Part shown: in pieces, positions 34,759 to 64,000 of the stretch
How positions within the stretch are numbered: position 1 is the first letter of the stretch
Layout of the letters: every line of letters begins with the position of its first letter
Origin: Bugula neritina
Lineage: Eukaryota; Animalia; Bryozoa
Direction: 5' to 3'
NCBI GenBank assembly: GCA_964035545.1
Contig: OZ037768.1
Location: 16,475,875-16,539,874, forward strand
DNA: 64,000 nt
Position numbers and translations under genes: made by a program
Notes under the pieces: generated by a model
Database searches by the model: none
Told to the model about the DNA's origin: nothing
Seen by the model: the letters and a program-made list of their open reading frames with translations, nothing else

Positions 34759-36057
34759 TTTACAATTAGTAAATTACTCAATTATTGCCATGATATTAAG
34801 TTTATTACTCAGTTATGAGATTGTTCAGATTTAATTTACATAAGATTTTTATTTAGTCAGTTTGTTCCAGCATCGTGGATAAGCAAGATGTCTTCTGCAG
34901 TCAAAGACAATTACTTCCTGTTATACATGAAATGTAATCTACAACAATTACTATAAAATATACGTATGACTTAAACTACAGTATGTCTTGGCACTTTTAA
35001 GCTTAGTTCAAATCTCTGTCAAGTGGAAGAGAAACAATCAAAAAGTTCCTGTAGCTGATTTGTCAATTTTGAATAAGTAGCAGCATTAACTGCATAAACT
35101 TTTTTGTTTTGCATAAAACATTGATGGTTAATACTGATAATTACTAAGTCTAATACTCGTAGTAATAGAGCTAGTTATACTTATAGTAAATACAGTATGA
35201 GTATTAGTAATACTTGTACTGTAAGTGTATTGCTATTAGCATAAGTGTTGTTCAATAATTACTTATTTACTAAACTAATACTTATACTTATACTATTGGT
35301 ATTACTGTTAGTATTACTATTGAGACTGTCTTATTTAGTGTTACTGTAGTAGTACTACTGATAATATTGCTATGTCTATAAGTATATATTCAAAATATTA
35401 TTAGTACCTATAATACTCTATGCTTCTGGAAATATATGGCTATCACTAGCTCAACATCCAATACGTGTGATGATTTTTTAAATAGCTAGTTCTGGTAAAT
35501 CCAAAGCTCTCCCAATAACAGCAGCCATTAAAAATGAAATTTTGCTTTTATAGATATCCACAAGTATGCTAATGAATAGCTTTGAAAAAATTAAATACTC
35601 ATGAATTTTTATGTGCCTAAATTTTGTGAGTGTATAAAAAGAGCTGAAATGTTAAATAGTAAATTGTACATGGCTCAGCTTTTCAACTCTGTAATCATGG
35701 GCCTATTTGCATGAAGGTTGTTGAAAGTTTGGAGAAAAAACCATATATTGAACAATGTAGACCTGGATTAAATATACAAGGAATTTTTATTTCATTAAAA
35801 CTAGACAATTAGCTTTTAATAATATAGAAAGTGCTGTCACTCCAAATAAATTATTTTGTTATATAATTTAATTAATATTTTGATGCTATTTGTTTAGCAG
35901 CTAGCTTTTCGTTCACTGGTATGAGCTTCAAAACGAACAGGAACGCAATTTTATACTGTTCTGTAAATTACTAGGCATGGTTATTTTTAAAATTCTAGTT
36001 TTTTACAGAAATAGTATTGCATGGATTAAATTTTTATTTTGTAGAGTTTTGTTAATT

Positions 36058-55537
<19,480 letters not shown>

Positions 55538-56397
55538 TTTATATTTATCATTTTTTAATAAGATTTATTGTTTTTTATTTACTTGTTTGCAATGACATTT
55601 TGGCTGGTATTACAAAGTTTTGATAATAAGAGAATTGGGTTTTCTACTAGAAGTATTTTATTGAGAACTCAACTAGTTAAGACTTCTACTGAAATGAATG
55701 AGAGTGGGTTATGTTTGCTGAGCAATTCTATTATATATTATTGAATCAAGCACAGCTTCTTAATGATATTTTATGTTTAGAGTTGCAGTGTAATTCTGGA
55801 AATGCCATGGCGGTAAATGACATATCTTAACCTGTATTTGTTTGGTTACATAATTGAAGGTCAACTACTCGGTTTAGCTAACATGCTTTGTAAAGGAACA
55901 ACTCTCCACCTATGTAATTTATTTCTTGATAATATCTTGTTTTTATGAAAAAAAGTATTAATTACTGTTTCATTGTTTTAAAAACTCTCCATTCTTGAGT
56001 AAATTTGTTGAGCTCTTTTAGTGTTCACACAATTCTACATTTTCAACTTAATTTATCTTTCCTATAGTAATTGCAGGACAATAATGTGTAATCTAAAATA
56101 AATATATCGTCCTAAATATAGTAACATATATGTTTTAAATACTTGCACAACAATAATAATTACTGTAGTAGATTCAGCCTTGTACAGTTTGTTCAAGTAT
56201 ACTATATTGTAGGCATGAATTTTGCATGGAAATGCTGGATCTAGCTTCTATGAAGGTTGAAAATGCATGAGTTGACATTAGATTGCACTTTGACTTGGTT
56301 ATTAAACAAGTCATAATAAAATTGTTAGTTAATTATTGGTAAAATTTCTGTATTTCACGGCATGCTGTTTACAATGCTTAGCTGTTAGGTAGACAGT

Positions 56398-56810
56398 TAG
56401 CGTAAGGCTACACGACTTGGATTTTCTGCATGCGGGTCCAAATAATTGAAAATCGCCTGCCATGCACAATGTGGGTGCGGAAATTTATTAGCTAATGAAC
56501 TTGGCGTTTAACTTTGCTGCTGGCCTAAGGTGCTTTTTTTAAAATCTACGTCATCGGCAAAGTGATTTTAGATTATTATAAAAGTGACAAATGCAAACTA
56601 TATGAAATTGTTCTAATTCAGGAAGCTAAAAATTAAAACTCGAATTGAAATTCAAAAAAGTGGGTTCGCTAATGGAAACCAGCCAATTAGATTAAACCAC
56701 GAGCTTTCTGCACTCTCTGCTCAGCGTGTTATCTGCATGAAAATCTACACACGAGCCTATTTTTGGACTAGACAGGTTTCCCGCATGTGGGCAGTGTGGC
56801 CCTAAGCTTA
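56398..56810. mobile_element. Putative MITE with degenerate terminal inverted repeats
   Basis: Left end tagcgtaaggctacacg vs reverse complement of right end taagcttagggccacac; interior richer in GC than the flanks; no ORF. Confidence 0.4.
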
Positions 56811-58918
56811 TGTATGTGTTAGGAAACCAAAATACAAATATATTCAATGACAAGAATATTCCATAACTCTAGTCTAGCACAGAACTTGCATACTACAAAT
56901 CTATGAGCAAAAACCTTATATTCTGTTAGAAAATCTTTGCAACAATATAACTTTCAACTATGCTAAAACTTGTTGAAAGAAACAGTTTCAGATTTATATA
57001 CTTTAAAGTAGCATGAAAAATTGATGTGAAATATGATCAACTCCTAGTCTATGACCACCAGCCCAGTTGTGGGATATCTTTGGACTCAATGCCCCCCCCT
57101 TCCTTCTTCATGACTAAATTAAATTCTGATTTCTGATGCACCGATTTCAAATGTGCAGCCTAAGAAATAAAACTCGTGTCTACTTAAAATTGATCTTTGT
57201 TTAAATTTATCCTTTCATAATTTTTTTTTTAATGTACTGCTACTACCCAAATACATATTGCTATATTGCAATTAAAATAAACAGCAATAATTTAATGCAG
57301 ATATAATATATAGCAAAACTTTTAGGACAACCAAATTACACTCTTGTGAGAAACTATGATTTTGTGGCAGTGGCTCAACCAGTGCTAAAGGTTTCAGAAA
57401 GCTGATTTTAGTGGGTTTAGAACTAATCCAATTTTTTGCTATACATCTTAGACATACACAGTAAATGAAACTTCAATTTAAAAGTTGCTGTTTGTGCTGC
57501 AGGACAGTCTTTGCCCACTATAGAGCCCTAGTTGACTAGAGTCCTAGAAACTGACTATAGTTTCTGTAGAATCTGTCTAGTCAATAAAAAGAATACATCT
57601 TCACGTTATTATTGATGTTGCTATCTACATAGCTAGAAACTATACACTGCAAATGATAAGCTGGAACAATGCCAGGGCACTCCTAAATCAGGGGCAGCGC
57701 TACTACATTGTTTTATATTTGTATAGATTCTGTATTTGTATAGAGGGTGGTTGAAGAAACTTTAGTAGCTAGTTTTGCTTGCATTGCGTTTGCTCCTTAA
57801 CAGTAGCTATTGTCTGCTTAAGGGCAATGGTCTTGAGGCTAAGAATGCATACTACAATAGTAATTATTGACTTGGAACATAAGCTGATACCTATGTTTCT
57901 GTTGCGAGTATAACGGTCACGTGATCAATAAATCCACGCAACCGAGTTCAGGTAGCAGCACACAGCACGTTGACTATATCCATATAGCATGTGCTCTGTT
58001 TTCACCCATCTGTAGCAGAGTAACATGTATTGGTGGCTTACGCGCTCATGAATATCTGTACTACTACAATACTACTGCTTTATCAAGGTGGGAATTACTT
58101 ATCACTTTATACTTCTTTTAGCGCAGTAGTAATCTATAATTAATTAGGTCTTTGTTGTATCTTTCAGCAACACTATGTTCCCAGTTAAAAACCCGTTGCA
58201 GAAGTTGTTCGGTTGATAATTTCATATCATTATGTTAATTTTCTTTGAATTCGGCTAAAATATTAGCTATGGAAAACCAGAAAGGAGTGTTACGTTTCTA
58301 GTGTAATTATTTTTCATTAATCGACTAGCTTTATTCTGTACATGTTTAGTAAATTTGTTGCATATAATCCAGGATGTTTAGCTAAACATGTATGTATGAT
58401 GTATTATTATAGTGCACCAATTGCAATTTTTATGATAAAACATAATGTTTATTAATTAATTAGTTACCCTTGACACGTTATCGGCATATATATGTAAATT
58501 TGAATTTTTTATCTTATTCACATGGAGTAAGTTTGATTCAAAAGTGTAAATACATTATTGCAGATTTAGTTTGACTTTACTTGAGCTACTAATCAATCAA
58601 CAATTCTTTCCTACAACTATTGATGAGTTGTAGGAAAGAATTCTTAAATGTACTCTCTCTGCTAAAATCATTTAGTCAATCATGTAGTTCATATTTTCAA
58701 TTCAGGACAAATCTATTATATTATTACTACATTTTAAACCAAGCAGGCACGCAGCACTATCAAACATCTGCCTGCTACTCATTGTCTCATACAATGCAAT
58801 ATGAAACCACCGTTTCAAGAGACCAATGCTATTGCAATCTTTTTGTAATATTATTCAAAATATGTGCTACTCTTTCCATGTGTGTTAATGCTATATAAGT
58901 TACTGCAGGTTTGACAGG

Positions 58919-61900
58919 ATGTCTGAGAAGGAAGGAAGGTATTATGTGGAGTATCTTGGCTGGAAGGAATCCCGGGGACTTTATGGCAGAGAGTTCACGG
59001 AACCAGTCATAACAGAATTACTTGCTCGTCGAAGAAATTTGGAACTTCCTAAAATGACTGTAAAAGTGAGTAACCAGGAGCTGCTAATCTCACAGGAAGT
59101 GCAAGGAAGGGGAGGAGGTCGACCTGAGAAATCCAATAAGTACCCGAGTATACCTATAAAAGATGTTTCATTTGTGATTCAAGGTCTATATCCTGATGGC
59201 GATGTGGTTGCCTGCATCTTCTTGGGTTACAACCCTTACACTAAATGTGCTATTCATGTGCATGTCTACAGATTTGACAGTGAGGCGACGGCGGCCATGT
59301 TTGTTTCACACGTGAACAGCATTATAAGCAACCCGACTCTGAGGAGTCGAATCATTGGCATTGAGAAAGACTTGTCAGATATGGGACACGTTGTGATGAG
59401 GCAGCAGCTTGCTCCAGCTGAAAAGAAAGTCTCACACCGCAGGTATAATTCAGAAGGATCTGAGGGTGCTTCGTGTAGAATACAACCGTCATACTCTCCG
59501 GAATCTCTGAGCCCCGCATATCCATCAGCGGAGGAAGCACTCAAGGAGCGTGCAGATATCAAAATTACAAAATCTCGTAAACCTGCTGAAGTACAGAAGG
59601 CAGTGAGGAGAAATTTCAGATCGCTTCACGAAGAATTAGAATACAAAATGAATTTACAGGAAGCACCCATCTTGTTACCACCGAAAGACTATGACACTAT
59701 TTTCAGGCGCCACGGTAGGCTGGGCATTCGGGACGAGGTCAGGCGCTCTTCGCAGACTATATTGGGACCTAATGGTGTGTTTGGAAACATAAATGGCCAG
59801 CCAGAGGAAGATCAAGTTGAAAAGTTACCCAGTGATAACGCTCCACCAATGAGACCTAAAACTACGATAGATCAGAATGCAAATATCACTCCAACAGTAA
59901 GGATTATATGTGAATACTAATCCTAATTTTACATTCATCTATTTTGATGATGAATATGCAACTGTTCTCTCATTTTATAGCTATGCCTATTAGAAAGTCA
60001 AGTTTAAGGATGCAGGCGTTAATGGCTGTGGGTGCCTTCCTAATTTTTGGCTTAGTAGCTTTAGCAGCAGTTGAAACACATTGTAATATTTCTCACATTA
60101 ACAGTTCATTTATCAAGGTAAATGGAATCACTGGCTATTGTGCCGCAGTCATTAGGGCCAATATTCAATATGGCTCTTTGTTTTTTTGCAGAAGCACTGT
60201 ATTATAAAAACTACTTTCAATCAATTCGAATGTTGATTTTGCAGTATTATATGTTTTGTTATGTTGTAACAGCTACAAAACCTGAAAGGTTATTTAGTTA
60301 GTAAATTGTTTCATAATGTCTGCTACTTAAGCCCTGTTTATACAGCCACTAACATTATAAGAAGTTTCAGCTGCCACATTCAAAACTGCTTGAGAGTAAA
60401 TTATATGCACTTAGGTGATCTCATGAACACTCTGTTACAACTATTGGTATGTTGTAGTTGGCGCTGTTGAAATTCTAATTTCTTGGTAACTTTCTTTTTC
60501 ATATATAGACATTGCGTCAGTCGAATGGCCACCACCAACCCCCTGCAATTGTGAGGTCACAGAGTGATAACATGCTTCAGTTCCCCCTTCATCGCCAAAA
60601 CTCTGTAGCCTCTAGTGACAGGAGCAACAACTCTGATGAAATGTTTGCAGATGGCTTGTATCAAGGTAATGATGAAACTGCTTACGCATAATACTAGGCA
60701 ATGTTATATTCGTTTGAAGTATTTATGACACATAACATTGTTTTTGCAGCTATAATTGTTATAAAAACTGAATTTGTTTTCTAGCAAAACTGTCTGAGAA
60801 CACTTTTACTTCTTTCCATAACTACAACAAGCAACGTTCAGTTATGTGAGTTAGATGAGGGGATTTATGCAGTTTTTGTTTATTATAATTGAGTTAACAC
60901 TATTTTTCTTGTAGTAACATTCAATCCACCCCAAACCCCTTCTCTCACAAAACTGTTTTTTTAAGTTAAGGAGGACCAGAGTTCAAAAAGAGGCTCTGCC
61001 ATTAAATTTATGCATGTCCAGCTCCCCCTTTCGTATTTCATTAAACTGCGTGTACCGAAACTTCAATTCGTGACATAGTAGAATTTTAGTCTGTAACTTG
61101 AATCTGTTGACATAGGAGCACTTCTTGCAACAGACATAAATGTACAGCGGAATTCTATAGGTTTCTGTAAGAAACTAATATGAGCTTCTGTCCATACACA
61201 CGTGAAGCATACCATATCAAGTTATACAACAATCAAAAGCACCAAAAATCAACTCCACATGTAACCATCTCTCCTTTCAGGTTATCGGCCTAGAAAACAT
61301 GCACGTAGTCAGTCGAAGGAGAATGGAAAGCAAGCGACTGATGACCCTACAACACAGATGGCCATGTGGTCTCCCAGTTACAGCTTTGGTCAGACTGGCA
61401 TCAAGAGCTTACCAACTCATCATGAAGAAGATGCCGACTTGCTCAACAGGTTTTCAAATTATATTTACTGTTCTCTGAAAGTACATGGTCAGCAAATTTA
61501 TTATTCATTACTGTTGATTACTATATTACTATTTATATTTTAAATATTGTGCAAGTGAAGTTCATCAGTTTTCAACTACTTTACTATTTGTATAAACAAC
61601 GAACAACACTTTTACAAAAAAGGGTGGCTACATAACTTCTATTAAAAGAATATTTGTATACCTAAACTTTGTTCTAATGCCTGCATTGTAAGCATATTTT
61701 TTTAAATGTAATGAAGGCATTTTAAGCTTAAATTTTAGAGCTATGCTTCGTCTTTCTGTGTATAGTATGCTAAAAGTGTAAAGAGGGGCATAATATTGTA
61801 AATACATTGCTGAACATTTAAAGTGGAGATATTGAAGCTCTATATTAATGTTAATGTGGTTTTAGAACTGCTCCAGCTGGAACACTGGTCAAAACTGAGC

Positions 61901-61989
61901 CCACAATTCCAACAGAAGACTATCATAGTGGCGGGTACTCCATCACACCTACCAAGCATGTTAAACGTTCAAACAGTCAAAAATTTTAA
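58919..61989 (+). CDS. PTB/PID-domain adaptor protein, ~475 aa
   Basis: Exons 58919-59896, 60509-60665, 61281-61449, 61866-61989 (phase-consistent, TAA at 61987-61989). The N-terminus has PTB hallmarks: YYVEYLGWKES, MTVKVSNQELLI, IPIKDVSFV, CAIHVHVYRFDSEATAAMFVSHV. A later motif is EELEYKMNLQEAPILLPPKDYDTIFRRHG, then a disordered tail. Confidence 0.8.
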
Positions 61990-64000
61990 GATAAAAATAA
62001 ACATTAACTATGAATTATAATGATTGATAGTTTTGCCCCTGATGAAACAAGTTTCCCACCCCGAACGAATGAACTAACTATGGTGCAGTATTAAAGTGTT
62101 TTGTGTGTTGTATATATTATACTCAGCATAAGTATGTAGCCCAATCACTAACACCTACATTATCATTATTTATGCAGAATTTCTATATATGATTATGCAT
62201 GTAGATCCAGGAGTTGTGATGTAATATACCTAAATACCTGGCTTATTTTTCTATTGCTATATTTTTATATATGTTCTCATTTTTCATATAGTCTATATAA
62301 TATGTAAATAATGCCTGTTTTGCAAGGCGTAGAATTGCTTAACAAAGTCTGAGAGTTTATCTAAGAATTGTCTTTTACAGAATAAATGCTACCAGCAAAG
62401 AGAACTAAACAGTGTATCATATTTTAAGCTACACTCCACTAACCGCATTTATAAAACCAGTCACTTTAGAAATTCAGTATCAAAGGCTATATTAAAGTCA
62501 TCTAATCATTTCAGTATTCACCATAGTAAAGGCGTAAAACCACGAGGGGGGGGGGTTAAAGGTGACCAAGGTGACTGGTGACAACTTGTAGTATTTTTAT
62601 CATCTATCTTGTTTCATGTAGCTATACAGATATATTCTAAGTGATTGAAAAAGAGATGCGTTTTAGTGCTTTTCTTGCTCCTATGTAGTTAAATATGGTT
62701 TTGCCTTGATTAAATTAATGGGTAGGCTATAAAAGGAGAGCATGATTACATAAGTAGTTTATTTGCACTGCTGTAGATATATATATACAGTGTAAGTTAA
62801 TATGCTGTAGATACTGTTAGCATTGGTATATTTACTCAGCATAGTGTAACATCTTTTCTCTTTGAAGAGGTATTAAGTCTAAAAGTTTGACATTCCAATA
62901 CAACGCAAAGCTGCAGTTACTATGCGATTTGTATTCCTTCGATCTATAATATTTGATTATTGATCAATTTAATTGCTTCATTCTTCAAATCAATTGTTAT
63001 GAACTTTAAGGTTAGGATAAGCACTGACCCAACTTGACATCAGATGCATGGGGAGCACAACTACCACAATCCATCTCTCTCATATAGGGAATTTTCAATA
63101 GCTAATACTTAATTGAAAAATCATGGTTTGTTAAAATGTTTCAAACAAACTTATCACATCCGCCTCTACAGTAATATGTGTATGCCTCAAAGTACATACT
63201 ACGTGCTATTGTAAGTTGCATCACATTTGCAGCAGCATGCTTATACTTCAGGCAGCAAGTTTTCATACAGCATGTAGCTGGAAGGAGAATTTTCAAATTA
63301 ATAATTTTTCTCTACTAGCTGTACTTATTCGCTGCCTGCACATACTAGCTCTAAGCCTTTGGTGCAAAATTTCGGTTATTGGTAAGGAAATCCATCAATC
63401 GTCTTTGAAAAACTTAGAAGCTAAAAACTATGTTCATGGCAGACTCATAGTCTTCTAATTAGACGAGGATTTCAAGTTGAATGGCCACAATAATCTATAG
63501 AAAATCTATAAAATAGTAGGACAATGCAAAATCATCAGTGCATTTAAGCAGTTAATAACCTTATACTATTCTACAGTTTAATGACAGCTTAGAAGTTGTA
63601 CAGTTTCATATGTTCAATACTTAATGTTTCCCAAGCTGTATCACTGTAGCATACGTGGCTCGCAATTAACTTTCAGGCTACTTAAAACTTTTAGTGATTT
63701 GGTGAAAAATTGTACATATCTGGAGTCCAATCATGCTTACCATAAATCTGAAATTTACCAAATTTGTTTTCTAGATGATATTATATTTTACTTGTACTAA
63801 AACTTCATAATTAATACGTATTATTATAGCTTATATATTGTTGATACTTTATATTTAGATATCAATATTTTAAACAATTTGTTTGACAAATATAAAATAC
63901 TTTTGAAAACTTGGCAATGCAATTATACTTGTTATACAAAAAATATAGAGCCAATGCTTTTATTAACTAGAAACTTTATAAAATACAAACTGAAATAACA

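Noticed and set aside
58176-58212. Upstream ATG exon MFPVKNPLQKLF as N-terminus of the PTB protein
   Set aside because: Ends in phase 1 while the acceptor at 58908 needs phase 2 for the PTB frame; at most a 5'UTR exon or uORF.
59266-59562. Antisense ORFs over the PTB exon (and similar ones over other exons, e.g. 55240-55482, 38379-38675)
   Set aside because: Shadows of real coding exons on the opposite strand.

Overview
AT-rich, intron-rich animal (invertebrate-like) genomic DNA, not prokaryotic; most entries in the ORF track are intronic or repeat artefacts. Splicing by hand (GT/GC-AG sites, codon phase checked at every junction) gives five protein-coding genes: (1) a minus-strand secreted protein with signal peptide, RVKR furin site and at least four ~160-aa beta-rich repeats, running off the left edge; (2) a minus-strand SRSF3/RBP1-like SR splicing factor; (3) head-to-head with it, a plus-strand transmembrane neuregulin (NRG2/GGF2-type N-terminal domain, Ig, EGF, TM, cytoplasmic tail); (4) CHTF18/Ctf18, 21 coding exons, including one GC-AG intron; (5) a PTB/PID-domain protein. 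The most interesting observation is in the neuregulin. Its EGF domain is completed by either of two tandem, same-phase exons (CPSGFTGERCME vs CLARFTGARCEE), which parallels the vertebrate NRG1/NRG2 alpha/beta switch. A cluster of (T)GCATG Rbfox motifs lies between the two exons and a 12-nt microexon lies upstream. Repeats include an 18-bp minisatellite made of splice-site-like motifs, a triplicated splice donor, three copies of a tRNA-derived SINE, a 5'-truncated CR1/L2-like LINE, a Penelope-like GIY-YIG relic with a ~90-bp near-perfect hairpin, and foldback MITEs. All exon models are manual and unconfirmed by transcripts.
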